DNA of 64,000 nt from Cetorhinus maximus (taxonomy: Eukaryota), in the NCBI RefSeq assembly GCF_964194155.1, contig NC_135885.1, forward strand, positions 52,266,001 through 52,330,000, given 5' to 3'. The notes under the pieces are model-generated. The model searched no databases. It saw only the letters and a list, made by a program, of their open reading frames with translations, and was not told the DNA's origin. The position numbers and the translations under genes are program-made. Positions 1 to 11,677 of the stretch are shown piece after piece (the stretch's first letter is position 1; each line of letters opens with the position of its first letter).

Positions 1-280
1 CTCCTATTGATACCCCTTCCACCTGTCCAGCTTCATTTCCTAAAGATAAATCCAGAATCTTGGGGTTCACTACAAACTGGCAAACTACAACATTTTCCTT
101 AATGCACTTTTAAGAATTCTATACCTTTCATACCTTTCACACTGATTTTGTCTCAACTAACATTGGGCTAGTTGAAATCTCCTACCATTATTTCCTTATG
201 GTTTCAGCACTTCTCAGCAAATTGCCTATATATTTGTTCTTCTATTTCCTTCCGATTGTTTGGGGATCTATCATATATTC
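1..280 (-). mobile_element. Decayed CR1 LINE endonuclease (APE) fragment
   Basis: Minus translation RSPNNRKEIEEQIYRQF..IMVGDFN*PN...ILDLSLGNEAGQVEGV, CR1 APE motifs with stops. Confidence 0.75.
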
Positions 281-299
281 TCGGGTTTCAGATAAGAGC

Positions 300-512
300 C
301 CATCAAGTGCTGTAACCTGATGGGCTACAGACCACATGCTGGAGAGTGGGATTAGGCCGGATGGCTCATTTTTCAGCCGGTGCAAGTGGCCTCGTTCTAT
401 GCCATAAACGTTTGACGATTCTAAGAGCAGTTGAAGTACAGATCAGACAATATCTCATTCAATGGCACGACAAGTTTAAGTGACTCAGTGGCCTACTCCT
501 GCTCCTATGTAC
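300..512 (+). mobile_element. Two short CR1 3'-tail fragments
   Basis: 300-423 resembles the CR1 tail at 37270-37405; 431-512 ends in gcctactcctgctcctatgt like other CR1 tails in this window. Confidence 0.65.
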
Positions 513-1499
513 TCATGCCGAATGAATCAAATCTCCTCCGGTTATATCAGAGCTCTCTCAGACATTGCACATTTCCAGTTGTGCATAAACCCCACAAAAA
601 AAAACTTTTTTGCAGCCACTTAACTAGTTAAACTGTAGAGCAAGAGATAATTGTAACAAAGCAAATAATCAAACTTGGCTTTTCTTCTTTACAGTTTCTT
701 GTCTCTAACATCTCAACATAGCAGATAGCTCATTTTAAAATGGGATGTGAGGCATTCCAATTGTATTTCATCCCCCGGAGTTATTCAACATATATTCTAC
801 AAGATGCATCTTCCTTAAATTTGTCTCTACTTTTCTCCCAGCATGCATTTAGATTGGTTAATTTTCTGTTTCTCAAGGGAATTCACAAATCATGGGTGTT
901 CTTCATTGTGTTGATGAAGGCGCCTGAGGCATCAATTTTGTCGTACATTCAGTCTCAGTTTCACAACAAAATATCTATTCCTGTTGAACAACCTCTACAG
1001 TTTCGTTTGCAACAGTCTGAGTTTTCTCAAAACTGCACTTGGGTAATGGACTCTGAAAAAAAGGTTCAGGTCAAAATATATAAATGTTGAAATCTTCTAC
1101 AGTAATGTAGAAAATGAAGTGACCAGACATGCAACTGATCAACAGATTGACAGCTGGAGTGACAAATCACAGGTTGAAAACAATAAGCTTTCTAAAATCA
1201 AAAGTCAAAGACTTAGCAAAAACAGAGATATGGGAAGAAAAATGGAAACCCTAAATTTCCATATAAGTTTGCAAAGTATAAGGCTGTTTTTAAACACAAA
1301 GCCATGTGTAGAGGAATTTATTTTAGTGAAGAGGAGTGGACTTCCTAATGTCATGACAAAAAAAAGTGTTACCAAAAATAAGAAAGTATAATGAAAGTTC
1401 CGTTTACAATGAGAGTGGAAAAGGATCTTAAAATTGCCTGGGACATTTTTGTTCGTTCTTTTCTCCTCTTTGAATAAGCTATTCCTCAGTATCTGGTGA

Positions 1500-2540
1500 T
1501 CAAATTCTGATGTTTATAGAAGGAACAATGAATTGACAGGAAAAAGACAGCAGAAATTTCAGAATTAGATGCAAATAATTTAGATAAAAATTATTTCCAC
1601 AGATTAGTAAGAGACTACATGCTGAATCAGAAAGGCCTTACAAAATATCATGGGTCAAGTAGAATCTAAAAGCTTAGAATATGGATTGGATATGAACACC
1701 AAAAATAAAAACAATGGTAGTTAGAAGGAATACATTAGAAGAAACAAGAGTGAGGACTGAAGTCGGACACAAGTTCAAGGTGAGGGGGCAGGAGGTTTAG
1801 GGGGGGATGTGAGGACAATCTTTTTTACCCAGAGGGTGGTGACGGTCTGGAATGCGCTGCCTGGGAGGGTGGTGGAGGCGAGTTGTTTCAAATCCTTTAA
1901 AAAGTACCTGGATGAGTACTTGGCATGTCATAACATTCAAGGCTATGGGCCAAGTGCTGGTAAATGGGATTAGGTAGGTAGGTCAGGCATTTCTCACGTG
2001 TCGGTGCAGACTCGATGGGCCGAAGGGCCTCTTCAGCACTGTGTGATTCTGTGATTCTGGATGGTGTCACACTGGAACATGTAGATAAGTTTGTCTACTT
2101 AGGACAAATGATAACAGAAGATGGCCGATGCAATGCCGAAGTCAAGAGGCAAGAGATAGCCAGAAGTAATTTCATGAAAACAAAGGATGTATTAAAAATT
2201 CAAGCTTAAAACAAGGGAAAAAACTCATAAGATTCCACATTCTATCCACTTTCCTGTATGCCTCAGGACAATAAATAAAGATCTGTGGAAGAAAATAGAG
2301 GCCTTTGAAATGTGGATGCTAAGACATATTTTAAAATTCCACACAGCCATAAGACAAATGAAGAGGTGTTTGAAATTGCAAGAGCAAAACAAACTCCAAA
2401 AAGTGACATCGAGAAATGAAAATGTTAGTTTTTCAGCCAGTTTTTGATCAGAGCTGAAAAGCTACAGAGATCTCTTCTAGAGGGCAAAGTGGAGGGAAGC
2501 AGAAATGGGGGCTATCCTAGGTATAGTTGGGTGACAGACA
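1500..2540 (+). mobile_element. Decayed RTE-clade LINE, RT C-terminal half (interrupted by CR1 at 1764-2058)
   Basis: Peptides YGLDMNTK, DGVTLEHVDKFVYLGQMITEDGRC, KIEAFEMWMLRHIL, TNEEV and LQRSLLEGKVEGSR..GYPRYSW are RTE-type RT/thumb motifs. Confidence 0.8.
1764..2058 (+). mobile_element. CR1 3' fragment nested in the RTE element
   Basis: GHKFKVRG..FFTQRVVTVWNALP coding end plus a tail ending in (gtgattct)2. Confidence 0.85.
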
Positions 2541-4757
2541 CAGAAGTAAGAGACAAATTCAGGTCTGATATTAGGAAATCCTTCTTCACAAAGAGTGACC
2601 AGCACTCTCAGAGTAGCAGGGGCATAAACCCACAGATACTGCAGTAGCGGGGCTTCAGGATGCTCCTGGATGGGTAAATTGGGATGACCGAATGGTTTCT
2701 CTCATTCATAATTATTGTGTGAATGAAATGAAAAGAAACAGCTTTAATTTAAGGCTATGGCAATATGGATGGAAAGGGACAATTCTGATACCTTTATTAT
2801 GAAAGTGCCAGAATTTCATATTTCTTGACCATCGAAGAACTTTGTTTATAACCAAGCCAAAGCATTTTAAAAAACCTAGTGAAGGCCTATGAATCGATAA
2901 ATAAGTTTCAAGTGTTTGATGGCCAGAAAATTTGCTCCTATCTTCAATGACTTCCCACTCCACTTAGAACATAACATTCAATTTGTGCTGATGATCAGGG
3001 ATGTAGTACCTTCTGTACATAATACTGATTTCCATAAAAAAAGAAAAATTTAGCAATTTGCCAAAATGTTTTCCCAAAGGGCAAAATCTCTAGGGATCCA
3101 TTATATTTGTTGATCCATTGATACACTTAGTAATTGCCACATTGAAATAAATCTTTGCTAATCTATTCATATTTGGATTGTAGGTGCTGAAATATGTTAA
3201 ATCTGCCACTGTCATCTTCTATTTTCATATCAAACTCAAACTTGTTGATTTGCACAACTTGCAAATAAGTTGCATCCTGTCTTTGATGACTGCGCTCAAG
3301 TTTGTAAGAAGCTTTAGTAAAACATTTGCCTCATTCGCAATGAACCAGAACATGTTTGTCAAACAAAATTAAAATACATCTATATCTGAGATTTTTTACT
3401 TACTAGTGTGTTAGAATAAAAACTGCTTCAGATGAAGTTGCTTGCCTAGAAATCTAGATTTTAGCAACAATTGCAGAATATACTTTAAAGTTCCTGGTCC
3501 CAAGGTAAGTTATTTTGTTAATTCAGTAGTTTTTTGTGGTTTTCATCACATTCTACCAATGACACTCCTGTAAACATCTTGCTACATTTTGTTGTTTGCT
3601 TCCACTCCCTGATAATATGGTGCTATTTCTATTGATTTAACTCCATACTGTAATATTCACGGTCATTAACTACATCAACAGATCTTTCATTGTCTGAAAT
3701 TCTTCTGCACCACAAACATCGAATACCCTCAAACCCCATGTATCCACTCACCTTCGTTGTGCTTAAATGTAACAAAACACTGAGAATCTGATTCTCTCAT
3801 CTTAAGTACTATCCAACACATAGGATGCACAGTTAGGACAGCTACATTTTGTTTAGTTTAAAATCTTTAGTTGCCCTTCTAACAAAGTTATAAATACAAT
3901 AATTACTATAAATGATGAAAGTTTAAATTTCTTTCAAATATTGCTCACAAAAAACAGAATTTCAAAACAGATTCATGAAATCATTCATCACCCTTTGCCT
4001 AAAAGCATGCTATAATGCATCTGAAAGCCTTGCAAAAATACAACGTAAGAAGTACCTGATGCAGTATCTGAGCCCTTATTATTTTAGGATAAAAATCGAG
4101 TTAATGCCTTTCACCTTTGACGATGCAAGTTTTAAGTCTTTAGTGGTCATGATCTAAAAGGAATGCTAAGGCAGCCTTGGTTTCACAGTTCATTTGAAAA
4201 TAACTCAAAATTGCAACTGCTTGAAAACTTTCAATATCAATCTTCATTTTACCTGGACTGTAAATCTAAATTAGAATTAAAGACTTAGATTAACAGGCTG
4301 ATTATAATATTGCAGATGAAGAAGTACTTTTTATGTGTGGTGCCTTTGAGAAAAAGATCAACTTGCGTACTGGCTGCACATGTCAATCAGAAATGGATTG
4401 AGGAATCAAATCATTGACATAGGAGTTTTGTTAACCCTTTCAAATTATTGGCACCTCCTGTATGTTCTTTTTTTTATTCATTTACATGATGTGGGCTTTG
4501 CTGGCTAGGCCAGCATTTATTGCCCTTAAGGTGATGGTGAGCTGCCTTCTTGAACGACAGCCATGTGGTGTAGGTACACCCACAGTGCTGCTAGGAAGGG
4601 AGTTACAGGATTTTGACCCAGCGACAGTGAAGGAACGGCGATATATTTCCAAGTCAGGGTGGTGAGTGGCTTGGAGGGGAACTTCCAGGCGGTGGTGTTC
4701 CAATGTGTCTGCTGTCCGTTTCCTTGTAGGTGGCAGTGGTTGTGGGTTTGGAAGATG

Positions 4758-4950
4758 CTCACTGCCTGAAAGGGTGGTAGAGGCAGAAACCCTCATAATA
4801 TTTACAAGTATTTGGATGTGCACTTGAGATGCCATGGCATACAAGGCTATGGGCCTAGCGCTGGAAAATGGGATTAGAATAGTTAGGTACTTGTTTGACC
4901 GGCAAGTCAAAGGGCCTTTTTCTGTGCTGTAGGCCTCTATGACTCTATGA
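4758..4950 (+). mobile_element. CR1 3' fragment nested in the single-ORF LINE
   Basis: ctgcctgaaagggtggtagaggcag... ending in (ctctatga)2, in opposite orientation to the host. Confidence 0.8.
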
Positions 4951-7155
4951 GACTTGATGAGTTTCTGCACTGCATCTTCCAAATGGTAGACTGCTACCAC
5001 TGTGTGTCGGTGGTGGAGGGAGTGAATGTTTGTCGATGTGGTGCCAATCAAGTGGGCTGCTTTGTCCTTGATGGTGTCAAGCTGCCTGAGTGTTGTTGGA
5101 GCTGCACTCCAAGTGCAGGCAAGTGGAGAGTATTCTGTCATACTCCTGACCTGTGCCTTGTAGGTGGTGGATAGGCTTTGGGGAGTAAGGTGGTGAGTTA
5201 CTCGTCGCAGGATTCCTAGTCTATGACCTGCTTTTGTAGCCAGTGTTTATATGGCTAGCCCAGTTCACTTTCTGGTCGACGGTAACCCCCGGGATGCTGA
5301 TAGTGGCGGATTCAGCAATGGTAATGCCATTGAATGTCATGGGGAGATGGTTAGATTCTCTCTTGTTGGAGGTGGTCATTGCTTGGCACTTGAGTGGTGC
5401 AAATGTTACTTGCCACATGTCAGCCAAAGCCTGGATATTGTCCAAGTCTTGCTGCATTTGGACATGGACTGCTTCAGCATCTGAGGAGTCATGAATGGTG
5501 CTAAACATTGTGCAATCATCAGCAAACATCCCCGCTTCTGACCTAGTGATGGAAGGAAGGTCACTGATGAAGCAGCTGAAGATGGTTGGGCCTAGGACAC
5601 TACCCTCAGGAACTCTTATAGTGATGTCCTGGAACTGAGATGATTGACCTCCAACAATCACGGCCACCTTCCTTTGTGCCAGGTATGATTCCAACCAGTG
5701 CAGAGTATTCCCCCTGATTTCCATTGACTCCAGTTTTGCTAGGGCTCCTTGATGCCACACTTGGTCAAATGCTGCCTTGATGTCAAGGGCAGTCACTCTC
5801 ACCTCACCTTGGGAGTTCAGTTCTTTTGTCCATGTTTGAACCAAGGCTTTAATGAGGTCAGGAGCTGAGTGACCCTGGCGGAACCTAAACCGAGCATCAG
5901 TGAGCAGGTTATTGCGAAGCAAGTGCCACTTGACAGCACTGTTGATGACCCCCTTCCATCACTTTCCTGATGATCGAGAGTAGACTGATGGAGTGGTAAT
6001 TGGCCGGGTTGGATTTGTCCTGCTTTTTGTGTACAGGACATACCTGGGCAATTTTCCACATCGCCAGGTAGATGCCAGTGTGGTAGCTGAACTGGAACAG
6101 CTTGGCTAGTGACGTGGCAAGTTCTGGAGCACAAATCTTCAGCACTACTGCAGGAATATTGTCAGGGTGTGTAGCCTTTGCAATATCCAGTGTTCAGCCA
6201 TTTCTTGATATCACATGGAGTGAATCGAATTGGCCATAGACTGGCATCTGTGTTACTGGGGGGCTCTGAAGGAGGCCGAGATGGATCATCCACTCGGCAC
6301 TTCTGGCTGAAGATTGTTGCGAGTGCCTCAGCCTTATTTTTTGCACTAATGTGCTGGGCTCCTCCTTCATTGAGGATGGGGATATTTGTGGAGCCTCCTC
6401 CTCCAGCCTGTTGTTTAACTGTCTACCACCATTCATAACTGGATATGGCAGGATGCAGAGCTTAGATCTGATCCACTGGTCATGGAATCGCTTAGCTCTG
6501 TCGATCGCTTGCTGCTTATGCTGTCTGGCACACAATTAGTCCTGTGTTGCAGCTTCACCAGGTTGATACCTCATTTTTAAGGATGCCTGGTTCTGCTCCT
6601 GCCATGCCCTCCTGCACTCTTCATTGAACCAGGGTTGATCTCTTGGCTTGGTGGGAATGGTGGAGGGGGGACATGCGGGGCCATGAAGTTGCACATTGTG
6701 GTCAAGTACAATTCTGCTGCTGCTGATGGCCCACAGCGCCTCATGGATACCCAGTCTTGAGTTACTATATCTGTTCAAAAATCTATCCCATTTAGCACGG
6801 TGGTAGTGCCACACAACACGACGCAGGGTATCCTCAACGTGAAGACGGGACTTCATCTCCACAAGGACTGTGCGATGGTCATCCTACCAATATTGTCATG
6901 GACAAATGCATCTGCAGCAGGCAGGTCGGTGAGGATGAGGTCAAGTATGATCTTCCCTCTTGTTGGTTTCCTTACCACCTGCCACAGACCCAGTCTAGTA
7001 GCTATGTCCTTTAGGACTCAGCAAGCTCAGTGGTAGTGCTATTGAGCCACTCTTGGTGATGGACATTGAAGTCCCCCACCCAGAGTACATTCTGCACCCT
7101 TGCCACCCTCAGTGCTTCCTCCAAGTGGTGTTCAACATGGAGGAGTACTGATTCA

Positions 7156-7523
7156 GAGGGAGGCGATGGCGTAGTGGTCTTGTCGCTGGGCTAATAATCC
7201 AAAGACCCAGGGTAATGCTCTGGGGACCGGGGTTTGAATCCCACGACTGGCAGATGGTGGATTTGAATTCAATTTTAAAAATCTGGAATTAAAAGTCTAA
7301 TGATGACCATGAAGCCATTGTTGATTGTTGTAAAAACCCATCTGATTCATTAATGTCCTTTTGGGGAGGAAATCTGCTGTCCTTACCTGGTCTGGCCTAC
7401 ATATGACTCCAGACGCACAGCAATGTTGTTGGCTGCCCTCTGAACAAGGGCAATTAGGGATGGGCAATAAATGCTGGCCTAGCCAGTGATGCCCACATCT
7501 CATGAATGAATTTTTTTTAAAAA
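7156..7523 (+). mobile_element. tRNA-derived SINE (full length) nested antisense in its related LINE
   Basis: A-box TGGCGTAGTGG 7167-7177, B-box GGTTTGAATCC 7231-7241. Body matches the LINE 5' region (7969-8230) and tail matches the LINE 3' end. Host sequence appears to rejoin across it (gattca|tcagctg). Confidence 0.9.
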
Positions 7524-10500
7524 TCAGCTGAGGGAGAGCAGTATGTGGTAATCAACAGGATGGTTCCTTGCCCATGTTTGACCTGATGCCATGAGACTTC
7601 ATGGGGTCCACAGTTGATGTTGAGGACTTCCCCAGGCAACTCCCTCCCAACTCTATACCACTGTGCCGCCATCTCTGCTGGGTCTGTCCTGCTGGTGGGA
7701 CAGGACATACCCAGGGGTAGTAGTGATGTCTAGGACATTATCTGAGTATGACTTTGTCAAGCTGTTGCTTGACTAATCTATGGGATAGCTCTCCCAATTT
7801 TGGCACAAGCCCCTGGACATTAATAAGGAGGACTTTGCAGGGTTGATAGGGCTGGGTTTGCCGTTGTTGTTTCTGGTGCTTAGATTGATACCAGGTGGTC
7901 CATCTGGTTTCATTCCTTTTTACTGACTTTTTAGCGGTTTGATACAATAGAGTGGCTTGCTGCGTCATTTCAGAGGACATTTAAGAGTCAACCACATTGC
8001 TGTGGATCTGGAGTCACATGTAGGTCAGACCAGATGAGGACGTCAGATTTCCTTCCTTAAAGGTCATTAGTGAACCAGATGGGTTTTTATGACAATCGGC
8101 AACGGTTTCATGGTCATCATTAAACTTTTAATTCCAGATTTTTTTTTTATTGAATTCAGGTCCCCAGAACATTACCCTGGATCTCTGGATTACCAGTTCA
8201 GTGACAATACCACTACGCCACTACCCCCTCTCTTCATTCTATATAAATTGAGATTGCAGCTTGCTAAACTCCTTAATGATCTGGAACTTGAAAAGTATTG
8301 ATGTGATGGATAGTCATAAATCATCAAATATGTTAAATACCCAATATTCCCATTTTACAGCAACGCTTTTGGTTCATCCCAGCCTGCAGTCTGTTGTTGT
8401 CCAATTGCATCTTTAAGGTCACTATCAGTAAATTAACAAAAGCAAAAAAAAAGAGCCAAGCCATCTAGTTCCTCTTTGGATTGAGAACACAAACAGCTGT
8501 AATCATTGGCACATACGAGCAAGTCCGCAGCAAGGTTCTAATCAGGGTCAGGATAACACCTCTATTTTGCACGCAGAAAGTTTGAAGTCCTTCACAACTT
8601 GGCCAAATGCTTTTGCAGCATCCAATGTAGTTTTTGGTTTTAGAAGTGATGTTCTTTTCTATTAGAATGAATGCAGCTGGTTTGGAGTGTGTCTGGTGAT
8701 GAAAGATTTTTTACAGAATCATAGAAGGCGTAGCACAAAAGCAGCCATTCAGCTCATGTCTGCCAGTGTGATTTTCTTCCATTGAGCCACCTAGCAAAAT
8801 CCGGTCTCCAACTCATCACTATGTCAGTATTTATCTTCCCAAACAACTGCATCAAAATGTGAGTTCAGAAGTTATTTGGGGAAACTGGTCTGAAAGAATT
8901 AAAATTTCAGATTTGAACAGTGGATTCACTTTAAACCACTACAATTGAAAACAAACTTCCTAATTTACGAGTGTTCTGTATATTTCTGTGTCCAATTTAC
9001 AACTGCTTTAATTAATTAATAACATTTGGCATTGGTAGACTCCATTTAATTTCTTAGCTTTGATAGGCCACAATTAAATACATTCCTCTAATTAAATTAG
9101 TAAAGTCAACAATATTGTGGGACTTGATTGCAGTCAGTAAGGTTTCAAGGTCTCCATGATGGGCCAGTAACCCATAGACAATAGAGACTTGCAATGAGAC
9201 TGAAGACAGAGATAAGAGGAGTCCAAAAACCATTCTGTACCTGGAAATGTTTGTTCCAACTCCATGGAACGATACATGATTGGGTCAATGTTGCTACAAT
9301 TTTGTTTTGGGCTATAACTATAGGGAACTTGGTTCCTTCTCAGTTTAGAGGTTCAAGCTGAGGGTGCAACAGGTCAACTTCTGCTCAAATCGACTATAAA
9401 CTGATTATAATGATGAGCCAGCCAGGAACTGATTAACAGCTATTGGTATAATTGGAGTGGTTGGCTATTTAGCCAGCTAAGGAAAGGAACCTTGGGAAAT
9501 ATAGGACATTGTGACCTACCAGCAGTGTTCCCTCTAAGCTGCACAGTCCAGAAGTTCCTACACAGTCCGTGAATAAGTCAGCCCTTTTAAGTTGAAACAT
9601 GCAATTCAGAATGATTTAGTGTCATTTTGATTGGTCCAAGTAGAGTCATCAAAAGGCGACAGGTATGAAACAAGGTTGAAACCTTGAAGCACTGAAGCTG
9701 ATGGTATATGCTGCAAGCTTCTCAGAGCCATTACAGCTTCTCTTCCAAGAAAAATTAGGTTTAAGTGGAAGAATTACTGAGTGAAAGAAAATGTAAAGGT
9801 TCCTGGAATTTCAGTTTGTGTGGAAATGTGTGTCAATGTTTAAGAAGTTACAGCAATTCCTTTTGTTTGAAATGCTCTCTTTTAAAGAAAATGTGTCTGC
9901 TGTTGTCCTCTGGTGTCCCCTGCACCCTCTATTCTGTTCACAGGGCTAAAAGCCATTCAACCCTTTGTAGTTTTGTCTTTGATTAAAATGTTTAAAATGA
10001 TTCCAGAATCCATGTCCTTTCAACAGTGTTCACTGTTTTAAGTTGTTAATTGTACGAACCACTGCTCCTCTTTTTAATGAATTTATAAACTCCACTTCAA
10101 CAATGATTTGGTCTAACCACCCTTTATGTAAAGGAATTTTATGAGCCTCAACATAAATTCTATTTTTTTTAAATTATCTTAAATTACTGATGCCATCATC
10201 CACCTTATTACAACCCAGGTCACCTCAGCTATAGTTTGCAGCATTCTCATCTACAGTTACAAGGCCTCAACTTCTAATATCGCTTTTAATAAGTGAAACC
10301 CCCTCATTCTGTAATGACTAAATAAAAAAGAAGAGTTCAGCAGGGAAATCATTGCCCAGGGGCATTCCCAGAAACCATTATTCTCATTGAGTGTCATCAA
10401 TTAGAATTCAGAAGTCCAAAAGCTGGATTCTCCCTGACCTGTGGACGGAGGGAAATTGCCACTCAGCAGCCATCTGTTTCCTCAGTGTGACTTGGGTCTC

Positions 10501-10599
10501 GGATGTACAGTGAGGCACCAAAACTCTCAAAAGGTGTCTGAAGAAAATTAAATGTAATCCAGTTGCAAAAGAGTTCATGCATATTCTGGATTTCTTGAT

Positions 10600-10783
10600 C
10601 CAAAAGCAAAATATTGAGGATGCTGGAAATAGAAACAGAAAATGCTGGAAATACTCAGCAGATCTGTGGAGAGAGAGTGAGTTGACATTTGAGTTCAAGA
10701 CCTTTCATCCGATCAAAGGTCACAGACAATAAACATTAACTCTGTTTCTCTCTCTACAGATGCTGCCAAACCTGCTGAGTATT
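10600..10783. mobile_element. Palindromic Penelope pseudo-LTR mini-insertion with 16-bp TSD
   Basis: Inverted arms (actcagcagatctgtggagagaga / tctctctacagatgctgccaaacctgctgagt). Flanking direct repeat ttctggatttcttgat at 10584-10599 and 10784-10799. Confidence 0.8.
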
Positions 10784-11677
10784 TTCTGGATTTCTTGATG
10801 TCACTTTCAGCTCTTCCTTTCAACAGAGAAGTTGCTTTTAAGGCTTAAGAAATACAATCGGTTAAAATTGTAGTTTCAGCATTGACTGAAACTTACTATG
10901 GCTGCTTGGTAATTGAAGATCCAATTTTGTTTTTGCCAGGGAAGTTGTGAAGCAATACTTGCTGACTTGTACCAAACAGTGTCAAGGAGAATTTTAATTG
11001 GCCCTAATCTTTTCAGCAAACAAGAAATTAATCCAAGAAAAATAAACAAAATTTTGAAGGAATAGTATTTTTTAAATAAGTTAAACATTGCAACATTATA
11101 CTAAAGCTGCAAGTAATCATTATCATTCATAGCCGTCATTCTTTAACCTTTCATCTGCACAGAGATGATAAAACCAATCCTAATCCTTTCTTTACAGAAC
11201 GTATAAAGGGCTAGACACAGATCTAGAGAAAAGAGAAAACTCTACCACATGTTGGGAAGAGGGAGGAGAACAATGAGACTGGCTTGCGGGAGTGGGAAAG
11301 GTAGCGGGGAGCATTGAACGAGATGCCAATTTCTCTCAGATCTCTGGCAGATTGCACTGTGGAGAACAGCATCGTCAGCTTTGCACATGAAAATAGGAAG
11401 CTGTAAGGACTGAAAGGTGAGTGTAAAAAATAGATTTCCAGGCATACCAGATAGATGTGACAAAAGTAGTGCAGCAGGAAAATATCACAAAAAGTGCTGC
11501 CCTTAGGTAAAGTAAAATGCCCTTTGCTGAAAAGATGAGGGTCAATTAAAAAGGCTTTTATTATAGATATTTAATTCATCAGGAAACCAGAATTTATTTC
11601 TCAACCTTCTTGAGAGGCGATATAAAGTCCAGCTCTCTCCACCATCCATGCTACCTTAAACAGGAAAGAAATATTTC

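Larger units (their letters stand above)
4468..8230 (-). mobile_element. Near full-length single-ORF non-LTR retrotransposon (APE + RT, CR1 group, possibly Zenon-like) with tRNA-like 5' head; frameshifted; two nested inserts
   Basis: APE start CKVLLINVQGLVPKLGELSHRL (7738-7980), WVGDFNVH, WKIAQVCPVHKKQDKSNPANY, ALDIKAAFDQVWHQG, VPEGSVLGP, MFADDC, MTEYSPLAC. The 3' tail gcaataaatgctggcctagccagc...gaataaaaaaaa is at 4468-4525. No ORF1 upstream of the APE. Confidence 0.9.

Noticed and set aside
740-1090. 116-aa + ORF, and a minus-strand acceptor (cctttttttcAG at 1053) followed by SPLPKCSFEKTQTVANETVEVVQQE*
   Set aside because: No similarity to the expected next DDX10 exon (EKRLKE...), all minus frames stop early, and no recognisable domain.
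3740-3830. Strong minus-strand donor AAG|GTGAGT at ~3751
   Set aside because: The upstream sequence does not encode a DDX10-like peptide and has no convincing acceptor.
7156-7245. tRNA-like A/B boxes (also at 34230-34316, 46440-46505, 49520-49580)
   Set aside because: These are SINE heads rather than tRNA genes: no intact cloverleaf, and they are followed by SINE bodies.
9116-10025. LTR-like stretch with a hAT-like terminus (cagtgttccctctaag at ~9523)
   Set aside because: No matching TSD or second terminus; boundaries cannot be supported.
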